Assembly (NCBI GenBank): GCA_902511755.1
Contig: CABXGL010000002.1
Coordinates: forward strand, 1,973-65,972
Reading direction: 5' to 3'
Origin: an uncultured Bacteroidota bacterium
GTDB taxonomy: Bacteria > Bacteroidota > Bacteroidia > Flavobacteriales > Flavobacteriaceae
Length of the DNA stretch: 64,000 nucleotides
The notes under the pieces were generated by a model. The model was not told the DNA's origin and did no database searches. It was given only the letters and a program-made list of their open reading frames with translations. Below, piece after piece: positions 19,571 to 29,298 of the stretch. Numbering within the stretch: position 1 is the stretch's first letter; every line of letters starts with the position of its first letter. Both the position numbers and the translations under genes were made by a program.

Positions 19571-20560
19571 TTATTTCACAAACCCTTTTTGAATTATATT
19601 TTCAATAATTTGAACAGCGTTAGTTGCAGCTCCCTTTCTAAGATTATCTGAAACTACCCAAAGATTTAAACTGTTTTTTTCAGAAAAATCTTCTCTAATT
19701 CGGCCAACAAACACCTCGTCCTTACCCTTACAAAATATAGGCATAGGATATTTCAATTTTGCAGGGTCATCTTCGACAGTTACACCAGAGGTATTATTTA
19801 ATAAAGTTATTATTTCAGAAATCTCAAAAGAATTTTCAAGCGTAATATTAATTGATTCGCTGTGCCCACCAATTACAGGAACTCTTACAGCAGTTGCGCT
19901 TATTTTAATCTTTGAATCAAGAATTTTATGAGTTTCATTTAAAAGTTTCATTTCTTCTTTAGTGTATCCATTTTGTAGAAAATCATCGCAGTGAGGAATT
20001 GCATTTTGATGAATAGGATAATTATACGCCATTTCTCCATTTTCTCCTTTATACTCATTCTCTAATTGCTTGACAGCTTTCATGCCTGTTCCAGTGACAG
20101 ATTGGTAAGTAGAAACTATAATTCTTTTTATTTTAAAATTTTTGTGAATTGGAGCCAAAACCATTAACATTTGAATAGTTGAGCAATTAGGATTTGCAAT
20201 TATTTTATCTTCCAAGGTTAAAATTGAACCATTAATTTCAGGGATGATTAGTTTCGTGCCATTGTCCATTCTCCATGCAGAAGAGTTATCAATTACAATT
20301 GTGCCTTTTTCAGCAAATTTTGGAGCCCATTTTAAAGAAACCTGTCTGCCCGCAGTAAAGATTGCAATATCGGGGCCAAGGTTTATAGCTTTTTCAAGAC
20401 TAATAATAGAATAATTTTTATTTAAAAAATTAATTTGTTTACCAATGGAGGCTGCAGATGCAACGAGAAAGATGTCTTCAAAAAATAAATTGCGCTCTTT
20501 TATAAGATCCAGGATTACCCTACCTACCATGCCTGTTACTCCAATCAACGCAATCTTCAT
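19571..20560 (-). CDS. asd: Aspartate-semialdehyde dehydrogenase
   Basis: 329 aa with the Rossmann motif IGVTGMVG and the active-site motif NPNCSTIQ. Confidence 0.95.
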   Translation of the reverse strand: MKIALIGVTGMVGRVILDLIKERNLFFEDIFLVASAASIGKQINFLNKNYSIISLEKAINLGPDIAIFTAGRQVSLKWAPKFAEKGTIVIDNSSAWRMDNGTKLIIPEINGSILTLEDKIIANPNCSTIQMLMVLAPIHKNFKIKRIIVSTYQSVTGTGMKAVKQLENEYKGENGEMAYNYPIHQNAIPHCDDFLQNGYTKEEMKLLNETHKILDSKIKISATAVRVPVIGGHSESINITLENSFEISEIITLLNNTSGVTVEDDPAKLKYPMPIFCKGKDEVFVGRIREDFSEKNSLNLWVVSDNLRKGAATNAVQIIENIIQKGFVK

Positions 20561-20650
20561 ATAGAATATTTTAAAAAGTAAAAATAATTATTTCAATAGA
20601 CATAAAAAGCTATAATTCGGTTTAGATCATTTTTTGTAAAATAAAACAAT

Positions 20651-21742
20651 TTAAGTTATAATAACCCTTTTGATTCTTTTAGAAAGTGAAGCTAATATTT
20701 CATAAGGAATAGTTCCAATAGCTTTTGTAAAGTCCTCTGCTGAAAGATTTTTGTCATCAAAAATTATGACGGGATCTCCCTCTTTACAAGTTATTTTAGA
20801 AATATTAATCATCATCATGTCCATGCAAACATTTCCAATAATTGGAGCTAATTTTCCATTGACTATAACATTACCATTACCATTGCCATACTGTCTGCTA
20901 ATCCCATCCGCATGCCCAATAGGAAGTGTCGCTATAGTTATATTATCACTAGCAATAAAGCCTTTGTTGTAACCAACAGAACCTCCTTTTGAAATTTTAT
21001 GTATTTGAGAAATAACAGTTTTTAAATTAATTACAGGCCTTAAATCATTTTTGTATTTTGGATCATTTCCAAAACCATATAATCCAATTCCTGTACGCAC
21101 CATTTCATATTGTGATTCAGAAAAATTTAAAATCCCTGAAGTATTAAGGAGATGTCTTTTTATTTTCGATCCAATTTTATTTTGAAAATTTTCTGTCAAT
21201 GATGAAAATATTTTTATTTGATCATTGGAAAAGTCCTTTTCATTTTCATCATCCGAAGCTCCTAAATGTGAGAAGATATAGGTTGGCTTTAATCCATTAA
21301 GCCGAGCAATTAAAGTGTCTATTTCGTTTTCATGAAATCCTAGTCTATTTAATCCGGTATTAAACTTAATTTGAAAAGGATAGTTTTTGTCAAACTTTGA
21401 GCAGGAGGTAAAAGCCTTTAAAATTCTAAATGAATATATGCTAGGCTCAAGTTTAAATTCAATAATTGTATTGAAATCATTTGTTTGAGGATGAAGAACA
21501 AGAATGGGAGATAAAATCCCCTTTTCCCTTAGCGCTAATCCTTCACTAGCATATGCAACAGCTAAATAATCAATTTTCTGTTTTTCTAATTCTTTGGCAA
21601 TTATTAATGAGTCTGCACCATAGGAAAACGCTTTGACCACACCCATTATAAGAGTATTGGGATTTAATTTGGATTTTAAAAAATTCAGATTATTCTTTAG
21701 ATTTTTTAAATTAACCTCTACAACAGTTTGTTGGATTGTCAT
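20651..21742 (-). CDS. alr: Alanine racemase
   Basis: 363 aa. The PLP-lysine region is GVVKAFSYGAD, and VRTGIGLYG and VCMDMMMI are also present. Confidence 0.92.
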   Translation of the reverse strand: MTIQQTVVEVNLKNLKNNLNFLKSKLNPNTLIMGVVKAFSYGADSLIIAKELEKQKIDYLAVAYASEGLALREKGILSPILVLHPQTNDFNTIIEFKLEPSIYSFRILKAFTSCSKFDKNYPFQIKFNTGLNRLGFHENEIDTLIARLNGLKPTYIFSHLGASDDENEKDFSNDQIKIFSSLTENFQNKIGSKIKRHLLNTSGILNFSESQYEMVRTGIGLYGFGNDPKYKNDLRPVINLKTVISQIHKISKGGSVGYNKGFIASDNITIATLPIGHADGISRQYGNGNGNVIVNGKLAPIIGNVCMDMMMINISKITCKEGDPVIIFDDKNLSAEDFTKAIGTIPYEILASLSKRIKRVIIT

Positions 21743-22323
21743 TATTTCTTTTTTTCTCTTTTCGCCATTCTTTTTATAAATGCGCTCCTAGAAAGAGGCT
21801 CATATTCCTTTTTCTCTCCAACCAGAATTAGATCATTGGCTTCATTTTTCCTATAACTATAATTAGCCAATTCTCCAGTTTCAACACAAACGGCATGTAC
21901 TTTAGTAACCTCTTCAGCACATGCCATAAGATTAGGCATTGGACCAAAAGGGACTCCTTTATAATCCATGTCTAAGCCAGAAACGATTACTCTACATCCA
22001 TCATTTGCTAACTTATTACAAACAGCAACTAAATCTTGATTAAAAAACTGAGCTTCATCTATCCCTACTACATCATAATTTTTTGAAAAAGGATAAATCT
22101 CTTTAGTATTTTCTATCATTTTAGCTCCAATTTCACTTTTACCATGGGAAATTATTTTATCTTTTGGGCTTCTAGAATCAGTTTTAGGTTTAAATACAAT
22201 AAAATTTTGCTTATCAAGCTCAGCTTTTTTAATTCTTTTTATCAGCTCTTCTGTTTTACCAGAAAACATAGATCCGCATATAACTTCTAATCTCCCTTTT
22301 GAATTTTTTTTATTTTCAATCAT
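21742..22323 (-). CDS. tdk: Thymidine kinase
   Basis: 193 aa with P-loop GSMFSGKTEEL and GIDEAQFF. Confidence 0.95.
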   Translation of the reverse strand: MIENKKNSKGRLEVICGSMFSGKTEELIKRIKKAELDKQNFIVFKPKTDSRSPKDKIISHGKSEIGAKMIENTKEIYPFSKNYDVVGIDEAQFFNQDLVAVCNKLANDGCRVIVSGLDMDYKGVPFGPMPNLMACAEEVTKVHAVCVETGELANYSYRKNEANDLILVGEKKEYEPLSRSAFIKRMAKREKKK

Positions 22324-22396
22324 TTCAAACTTATTGATATTGTTATCAAAGTAGTTAACTTTAATGGTTTGACAAATGTCTAAAAATTAATTCAAC

Positions 22397-23071
22397 ATGG
22401 CAAAACTGTACATTGTTCCTACACCAATTGGAAATCTTGATGACATTACAATAAGATCAATAAAAACTTTAGAAGAAGTTGATTTAATTTTATGTGAAGA
22501 TACTAGAAGAAGCAAAAAATTATTGCAACACTTGAATATTAATGGGAAATTAAGATCTCACCATAAATTCAATGAACATAATGAAGTTGACACTATAATT
22601 AATAAAATAAAGGAGGGAGCTAGTGTAGCAATTATTTCTGATGCGGGAACTCCTGGAATTTCAGACCCCGGGTTTTTAATTGCAAGAACTTGTTTGAATA
22701 ATGATATAGAAATTGAATGTCTTCCTGGGCCAACAGCTCTTATCCCTGGACTTTTAGTCAGTGGAATTTCAGCAGACAAATTTGTTTTTGAAGGGTTTTT
22801 GCCTATTAAGAAAGGTAGAAAAAAAAGACTTTCTAATCTTTCTTCAGAAGAAAGAACTATGATATTTTATGAATCACCACATAAGTTGATAAGAACATTG
22901 ATGGATTTTAAAGCCAGTTTTGGCTCAAATAGAAGAATTTCAGTATCAAGAGAATTGACCAAGCTTTATGAAGAAACCTTAAGGGGAACAATTAGTGAAA
23001 TTATAGATTCATGTGAAAAAAAGAAGCCTAAAGGGGAGTATGTTATTGTTGTAGAAGGAATAGAAAAATAA
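22397..23071 (+). CDS. rsmI: 16S rRNA (cytidine1402-2'-O)-methyltransferase
   Basis: 224 aa with LYIVPTPIGNLDDIT, CEDTRRS, SDAGTPGISDPG and FYESPHK. Confidence 0.95.
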   Translation: MAKLYIVPTPIGNLDDITIRSIKTLEEVDLILCEDTRRSKKLLQHLNINGKLRSHHKFNEHNEVDTIINKIKEGASVAIISDAGTPGISDPGFLIARTCLNNDIEIECLPGPTALIPGLLVSGISADKFVFEGFLPIKKGRKKRLSNLSSEERTMIFYESPHKLIRTLMDFKASFGSNRRISVSRELTKLYEETLRGTISEIIDSCEKKKPKGEYVIVVEGIEK

Positions 23072-23072
23072 G

Positions 23073-24764
23073 ATGAACTGGAAAATAGAAGAAAATAAAG
23101 ATCCACAAGCTATTGAACAGCTTTCAAAGGAGTTGAATGTTGACAAGGTTATTTCTTCTATGCTTATAAAAAGAGGAATTAAAACTTTTAATCAAGCAAA
23201 AGATTTTTTTAGGCCTAACATTAAACAGCTTCATGATCCTTTTTTAATGCAGGATATGGATAAGGCGGTAAGCAGGATATTACAAGCAATAGAAGAGAAG
23301 GAGTCTATCATGATTTTTGGAGACTATGATGTAGACGGAACCTCTTCAGTGGCGCTTTTAAGTTCCTTTTTAAATGAGATTGGAGCAGATCTTTCTACCT
23401 ATATTCCTGATAGAAATAATGAGGGATATGGAATATCTTTAAAGGCAATTGACTTAGCCAAGAAGAATAAAGAAACTTTGATAATTGCTTTGGATTGTGG
23501 AATTAAAGCAAACGATCAAGTTCAATATGCTTTAAAAAAAGGAATAGATTTTATTATTTGTGACCACCATAATCCAAGTAATCAATTACCAAATGCATAT
23601 GCAATTTTAAATCCTAAAAGAAATGATTGTAAATATCCATTTAAAGAATTGTGTGGATGTGGTGTTGGGTTTAAATTGATTCAAGCAATTAATAAAAGGA
23701 AAGGCTTAGAGATTGAAAACATCATTAGTTACTTAGATTTAGTAGCTGTAGCTATTGCAGCGGATATTGTCCCTTTGATTGGTGAAAATAGAATTTTAAC
23801 TTATGTTGGGCTTCAACTTATAAATTCAAATCCAAGAATGGGGCTTCATTGTATTTTAAAGAACAATAAAAAAAAAGAATTTAACATTGGAGATCTAATT
23901 TTTTATATAGCACCGAGAATTAATGCTGCTGGCAGAATGGATCATGCAGCCTTAGCCTTAGAATTGCTTTTAGAGAAGGATTTAAATAAAGGAGAAAAAT
24001 TAGTTGAAAAAATAGAAAAATTAAATCTTAAAAGAAGGGAAGTAGAAAAAAATATTACAGAGCATGCGTTAAAAAAAATAGTTGATGAGGACAACCCAAA
24101 ATCTAACTCAACGGTGGTTTTTGAAAAATCCTGGAATAAGGGAGTAATAGGAATTGTGGCATCAAGAATAATAGAAAAACATTATAAACCAACAATAGTT
24201 TTTTGCATGTCAAAAGATGGAAACTTAACAGGATCGGCAAGATCCATTCAGGGCGTTGATTTATATGAAATTTTACAAGAATGTAAAGCCAGTATTTTAC
24301 AATTTGGAGGCCATAAATATGCAGCTGGTTTAACTATTGAAAAAGAGAATTTTAAAATTTTTAAAACAAGCTTTGAGAAGGCAGTTAAAAATTATGTAAA
24401 AAACAAACTTCCTATTAAAGAAATTAAAATAGAATCTAAAATTATATTAAACTCAATAACGCCAAAATTTTTTAGAATTTTAAATCAGTTTGAACCTTTT
24501 GGCCCCGAGAATAAAAGGCCTATATTTTTATCAGAAAATTTAAATTTAAAAGGAGAATTAAATAAAATTGGAAAAAACAGAGAACATCTTAAATTAAGCG
24601 TTTCACAGGAATCAGATAAAACATTTTCAGCAATTGGATTCTGGCTTTCCGAAAAAGCGACCAGCATTTCATCCAATTCTACTTTTTCAATGCTGTATAC
24701 AATTGATGAAAACACATGGAATGGTATTACATCTATTCAATTAAAAATCAAAGACATTAAATAA
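23073..24764 (+). CDS. recJ: Single-stranded-DNA-specific exonuclease RecJ
   Basis: 563 aa with the DHH-family motifs IFGDYDVDGTSS, LDCG, ICDHHNP and GGHKYAAG. Confidence 0.95.
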   Translation: MNWKIEENKDPQAIEQLSKELNVDKVISSMLIKRGIKTFNQAKDFFRPNIKQLHDPFLMQDMDKAVSRILQAIEEKESIMIFGDYDVDGTSSVALLSSFLNEIGADLSTYIPDRNNEGYGISLKAIDLAKKNKETLIIALDCGIKANDQVQYALKKGIDFIICDHHNPSNQLPNAYAILNPKRNDCKYPFKELCGCGVGFKLIQAINKRKGLEIENIISYLDLVAVAIAADIVPLIGENRILTYVGLQLINSNPRMGLHCILKNNKKKEFNIGDLIFYIAPRINAAGRMDHAALALELLLEKDLNKGEKLVEKIEKLNLKRREVEKNITEHALKKIVDEDNPKSNSTVVFEKSWNKGVIGIVASRIIEKHYKPTIVFCMSKDGNLTGSARSIQGVDLYEILQECKASILQFGGHKYAAGLTIEKENFKIFKTSFEKAVKNYVKNKLPIKEIKIESKIILNSITPKFFRILNQFEPFGPENKRPIFLSENLNLKGELNKIGKNREHLKLSVSQESDKTFSAIGFWLSEKATSISSNSTFSMLYTIDENTWNGITSIQLKIKDIK

Positions 24765-24795
24765 AAAAGCCTCTTATTTTTAAGAGGCTTTTTTT
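24763..24795. terminator. Bidirectional intrinsic terminator between convergent recJ and the TonB-dependent receptor gene
   Basis: The stem AAGCCTCTTA (24767-24776) pairs with TAAGAGGCTT (24781-24790) around a tttt loop. It is flanked by an A6 run upstream and a T7 run downstream, so there is a U-tail on both strands. Confidence 0.85.
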
Positions 24796-24813
24796 ATTAA
24801 AAAAATGTATAAA

Positions 24814-27555
24814 CTAGAATCTATAAGTAAACCCTAGGTTCCAAGTTCTTCCCCATCCTGGGAAAACTCTATTAAGCTCATGAACACCTAACCAAGTTGG
24901 ATCTCCAGCATTTGCTAGGATATTAGTTGATGATTCAGCTATATAGTGTGTATCAAAAATATTATTGACATTTAGCCTTACATACACTTTTTCTCCACCA
25001 ATAGATAAATTATAAGATGTCCCAAAATCAAACAACTCATATGCTGGAATTTGCATTGCTGCATCTCCTGCAGTATCAAAATCTTCTGGGTTGAAGTTTG
25101 CATATAAATCAGACGCTGAGAACATACTAATATTAAACTTAAATAAATCGGTAGGCTTAACAACTAGGTTTACTCTTGATGTAGTCTGAGCGGCATCTCC
25201 AACTTTTACATCTTTCAAGTATACAGTAGAAGTCCCTATCTTAACTCTACTAGAATCGAATACATCTGCAGTAACATCGCTTCCATACTTATAGTTCCCT
25301 AGAGATAGCATACCTTGAACTTCAACAAAAGGACTTATGTCTAAAACTCCATCAAATTCTAAACCTGTATGAATTTGCTTAATTCCATAATAATTAGCTG
25401 TTCCTCTAACTCCTCCAACAGAAACACCATCACTAAGGAACCTGTCCTCCCAAGTAGTCTTGTAAAGGTTTACATTAAATCTTAAATTATTAGACCTGTA
25501 TCCATATCCTGCTTCAAGCCCAACAACAGTTTCATTTTTTAAATCAGGATTTAATGTGTTGGAATAATTGATCCAAACTGCATCAAAATTTGGCTGTTTA
25601 GAGTAGTAGCCTCCATTAACAAAAACATTATTTTTTGCATTAATGTTATAATTAGCTCCTCCCTTTACATTCCCTCCTGTAATATTTTTCCATGCAGAAG
25701 TTGCTACACCTGGTTGATTAAAATATTCTATTCTTTGAAATCCTTGATTAGAGACTGCTGCTTGAACAAAAGCAGATAGTTTATCTTCTTTGTATTCTAG
25801 TTGAGTGAATATTCCGCTCCATTTAACTTTTCCATCATTGTGATAATCAATTTTTTCTTCCTTGTCAGTGTCTCTAAAAACATTCCACAAATTTCCAAGA
25901 TTTGAGCTGTATTCAGTTGTTCTTACAGCACTTCCTTTGTTATTAATGGACGTGTTAGTATAGTTTTTATTATCAAAATCTCTATAGCCATCAGCTCCTA
26001 GCAGGTTGTCTAGTCTTCTATAGTGAATCCCAGTATATGCCCTAACATCAACCCCAAAATCAAGAGTTAAATTATCTGAAAGTTGTTTTTTCAGATTAAT
26101 AAGAGATCCTACAAAATTATGCGAATTCACAGATGCTCTTCTAACTATTCCATTTCTTTTTACTCCATTTACTCTTTCGTCTTGATCATTAACTATATAT
26201 AATCCAGTAGCAGCATCTTTGGAATTTGCAGCGGTTTTCCCCTGATAGAAAGTAGTAGAGACTCCGCTGTTATATGAATATATTTTATCATAGTTTACAT
26301 GACCAGTCATAGGATCCCTAAAAGCATAACCACCATTATAGTTTAAATCTCCACTTGCATATTGATAGCCATAAGCTCTACCTATATCTCCAGTTCCACC
26401 TCCTCTACCAATTGAGTAATAGACAGAAGCAGAAAGATTGGTGCTTTCATTCATTTTATGCTCCCAGTTTAAAGAAGCAATTGGCTTATGATAGAAATTT
26501 TTTCTCCAGTTAAATTCTTGACCATTTAAATAGCCATGATTGTAGTTATAACGAATTCCATATTGTTTATACTGTTTCCCTTGAGCCATATTATAAAAGC
26601 TTCCAGTTCTTTGATGATGCGTTTGAGGTGCTCCAGTAATTATTAGTTGAATATTATGTTTATCTGAACTGTCTCTCCAACCATAACCTAAGAAGTAATT
26701 ATAACCTTCAAACATTGTTCCATCTACATAACCATCTCCAGCAGTTCTTGAGAACAAAAGCGAGAGGGCATGACCACCATCCATTTCACCAGTGTTATAG
26801 GAAGCAACAGTTTTCCCATAGCCATCGTTACCCATACTAGCAGAAACTCTTCCTCCTTCAGTAAGATCAGTAGATTTGGTTATTACATTAATTGTTCCTC
26901 CAACAGATGAGATAGCTAGTTTAGAAGCTCCTAATCCTCTTTGAATTTGCATCGCAGACACAACGTCTGAAAGGCCTGACCAGTTAGACCAGTATACCCT
27001 ACCATTTTCCATATCATTAACAGGAATACCATTAATTAAAACCGCAGTGTTTTGGGAGTCAAATCCTCTAACATTAATTCTGGAGTCTCCAAAAGCTCCC
27101 CCAGCTCTTGTTGCATATACTCCGGGAGTAGTATTAAGCATTTCAGGAAGTTCAAGATTACCAATTCTTTCTTGAATATCTGAAGCAGTTAAAGTAGAAA
27201 CAGCTACAGGTGTTTGCCTATCAATTGCAAAGTCAATAGTCCCAAATACAGTGATCCCCTCTAATTCATTTGAACTAGGAACCATAAGAACATCAATTTG
27301 CATAGTGCTGCTAAAATCGATTTCTTGAGTATCATAACCGATGTATGAAATAACTAAAGTTCCTGAATCAGCAGCATTAATTGTAAATTTACCATCAAAA
27401 TCAGTTGAAACTCCATTTGAAGTTCCCTTAACCAAAACAGTGGCACCTGGAAGAGGCACACTATTTTCGTCTGTTACTGTTCCAGTTAAAATGTTTTGAG
27501 AGTAACAGAGCCCTGAAACAAGAAGCGCTGTCAACATAAGAGTTAATTTTTTCAT
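24814..27555 (-). CDS. TonB-dependent outer-membrane receptor with N-terminal CarboxypepD_reg-like domain
   Basis: 913 aa with a signal peptide. It has GTVTDENSVPLPGATVLVKGTSNGVSTDFDGKF, plug-domain motifs (RINVRGF, INGIPVND), and a C-terminal aromatic ending ...GFTYRF. No SusD-like gene is adjacent. Confidence 0.9.
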   Translation of the reverse strand: MKKLTLMLTALLVSGLCYSQNILTGTVTDENSVPLPGATVLVKGTSNGVSTDFDGKFTINAADSGTLVISYIGYDTQEIDFSSTMQIDVLMVPSSNELEGITVFGTIDFAIDRQTPVAVSTLTASDIQERIGNLELPEMLNTTPGVYATRAGGAFGDSRINVRGFDSQNTAVLINGIPVNDMENGRVYWSNWSGLSDVVSAMQIQRGLGASKLAISSVGGTINVITKSTDLTEGGRVSASMGNDGYGKTVASYNTGEMDGGHALSLLFSRTAGDGYVDGTMFEGYNYFLGYGWRDSSDKHNIQLIITGAPQTHHQRTGSFYNMAQGKQYKQYGIRYNYNHGYLNGQEFNWRKNFYHKPIASLNWEHKMNESTNLSASVYYSIGRGGGTGDIGRAYGYQYASGDLNYNGGYAFRDPMTGHVNYDKIYSYNSGVSTTFYQGKTAANSKDAATGLYIVNDQDERVNGVKRNGIVRRASVNSHNFVGSLINLKKQLSDNLTLDFGVDVRAYTGIHYRRLDNLLGADGYRDFDNKNYTNTSINNKGSAVRTTEYSSNLGNLWNVFRDTDKEEKIDYHNDGKVKWSGIFTQLEYKEDKLSAFVQAAVSNQGFQRIEYFNQPGVATSAWKNITGGNVKGGANYNINAKNNVFVNGGYYSKQPNFDAVWINYSNTLNPDLKNETVVGLEAGYGYRSNNLRFNVNLYKTTWEDRFLSDGVSVGGVRGTANYYGIKQIHTGLEFDGVLDISPFVEVQGMLSLGNYKYGSDVTADVFDSSRVKIGTSTVYLKDVKVGDAAQTTSRVNLVVKPTDLFKFNISMFSASDLYANFNPEDFDTAGDAAMQIPAYELFDFGTSYNLSIGGEKVYVRLNVNNIFDTHYIAESSTNILANAGDPTWLGVHELNRVFPGWGRTWNLGFTYRF

Positions 27556-27659
27556 AGTTGTATAGTAGTTTTATAGTATTATAACAAATGTGATTAATTT
27601 TTCGAAGCGAAAGGGTCCTTTTATATTAATTTTTTGAACAATTATTGTGAATAACTGTT

Positions 27660-29285
27660 CTAATTATCCAAATATTTTTTTAGAAGGGAAATTGTAGAAT
27701 CATCATGGGCTTTAATGTCCTTGTTTTCAACCTCCTGTAAAAGCTTAGAAGCTAATTCTTTCCCTAGTTCTACCCCCCATTGATCATAACTATAAATATT
27801 CCAGAGAATTCCTTGAACAAAAATTTTATGTTCATACATAGCAACCAGGCTTCCTAAAGTTTCCGGATTTAATTTTTCAATTAAAATAGTATTAGAGGGC
27901 CTGTTCCCTTCAAAAACTTTATGAGGGAGTAATCCTTTTATATTATTATTGTGAGACAATTCCTTTTCAGCTTCTGAAGCACTTTTACCCATCATCAACG
28001 CCTCAGTTTGAGCAAAAAAGTTAGACATTAATTTATTATGCTGATTATTTTCTTTATAAAGCGGATTGGTGAATCCTATAAAATCACAAGGAATTAATTT
28101 GGTGCCTTGGTGAATTAATTGAAAAAAAGCATGTTGTGAATTAGTCCCTGTGCCTCCCCAAACTATATTTCCAGTTTGATAACTGGTTTTATCACCATTT
28201 CTATCAATGCTTTTCCCATTACTTTCCATAATAGCTTGTTGTAGATATGCAGGCAATCTATTTAAATTTTGAGAATAGGGAATTATAGCTTCCGTTTCAC
28301 ATTTAAAAAAATTATTATACCAAATACTAATTAATGCTAAAACTATCGGAATATTTTTTTCAATAGAGGAGGATTTAAAATGTTTATCCATTTGATTAGC
28401 TCCATTAAGCAAACTTTCAAAATTGTCTGATCCAATTGAAAGGCTAATAGAAAGACCTACTGAGCTCCATAGAGAAAACCTTCCTCCCACCCACTCATTC
28501 ATTGAAAAAAAATATTCTTTATTTATTCCAAAATTTTCAATTTCTTTTGTATTTGTAGAAACAGCGGCAAAGTGACTGTAGACGCTTTTCTTGCCTAATT
28601 TTGAGATAAGCCATTTTTTTATAGTATTGGCATTTGAGAGAGTCTCTTGGGTTTTGAAAGTCTTAGACACAATAATAAAAAGAGTAGTTTCAGGATTTAA
28701 TTTGTTTAAAACTTCTAAAACGTGATCCCCATCTACATTAGAAACAAAATGCGGATTAAGCCTAGACTTATAATATTTTAAAGCATCAACAATCATGACA
28801 GGACCTAGATCAGAACCCCCAATTCCTATATTGACAATATCAGTAAATTTTTTATTTGTAGAGCCTTTAATTTTTCCAGAAATAAGATCATCTGTAAAAT
28901 TTTTCATTTTAGTCCTGGATTCAATAATGGAAGGGACAATGTTTTTGTCATCAACAAAGATTTTTTCTTTACCATTAGCTCTAACAGCAGTGTGCAAAAC
29001 TGCTCTGTTCTCAGTTTTATTTATTTTTTCACCTTCAAATTGTTTTTTAATCGAATTTTCTAAATCACATTCTTTTGCCAAATTAATAAGCAAATGAAGA
29101 GTTTTTTCATTTATTCTATTCTTTGAAAAATCAACAGTAAATTTGCCCCAACTAATTGATAAATCAGTTGCCCTATTATTTTTTTTAAAGAGGTCTTTTA
29201 TTTCAAGGTCTTTTATCTCATTGAAATGGGATTCCAAAGATTTCCATGAAGATGTTTTGGTAGGGTTTATATTTTTTAATGACAT
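27660..29285 (-). CDS. pgi: Glucose-6-phosphate isomerase
   Basis: 541 aa with DIVNIGIGGSDLGP, GGRFSLWSSVGLS and ESNGK. Confidence 0.96.
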   Translation of the reverse strand: MSLKNINPTKTSSWKSLESHFNEIKDLEIKDLFKKNNRATDLSISWGKFTVDFSKNRINEKTLHLLINLAKECDLENSIKKQFEGEKINKTENRAVLHTAVRANGKEKIFVDDKNIVPSIIESRTKMKNFTDDLISGKIKGSTNKKFTDIVNIGIGGSDLGPVMIVDALKYYKSRLNPHFVSNVDGDHVLEVLNKLNPETTLFIIVSKTFKTQETLSNANTIKKWLISKLGKKSVYSHFAAVSTNTKEIENFGINKEYFFSMNEWVGGRFSLWSSVGLSISLSIGSDNFESLLNGANQMDKHFKSSSIEKNIPIVLALISIWYNNFFKCETEAIIPYSQNLNRLPAYLQQAIMESNGKSIDRNGDKTSYQTGNIVWGGTGTNSQHAFFQLIHQGTKLIPCDFIGFTNPLYKENNQHNKLMSNFFAQTEALMMGKSASEAEKELSHNNNIKGLLPHKVFEGNRPSNTILIEKLNPETLGSLVAMYEHKIFVQGILWNIYSYDQWGVELGKELASKLLQEVENKDIKAHDDSTISLLKKYLDN

Positions 29286-29298
29286 CTATTTATTCTGT

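Noticed and set aside
22334-22349. A small inverted repeat TTGATA-N4-TATCAA in the tdk/rsmI divergent promoter region
   Set aside because: A 6-bp AT-rich arm is expected by chance many times in 64 kb of roughly 30% GC DNA. There is no second copy or supporting context.
27636-27660. An imperfect hairpin (gaacaattattgtgaataactgttc) at the pgi stop codon, considered as a terminator
   Set aside because: The stem is AU-rich with a mismatch, overlaps the stop codon, and on the pgi (minus) strand is followed by an A-run rather than a U-run. This is not convincing as an intrinsic terminator.
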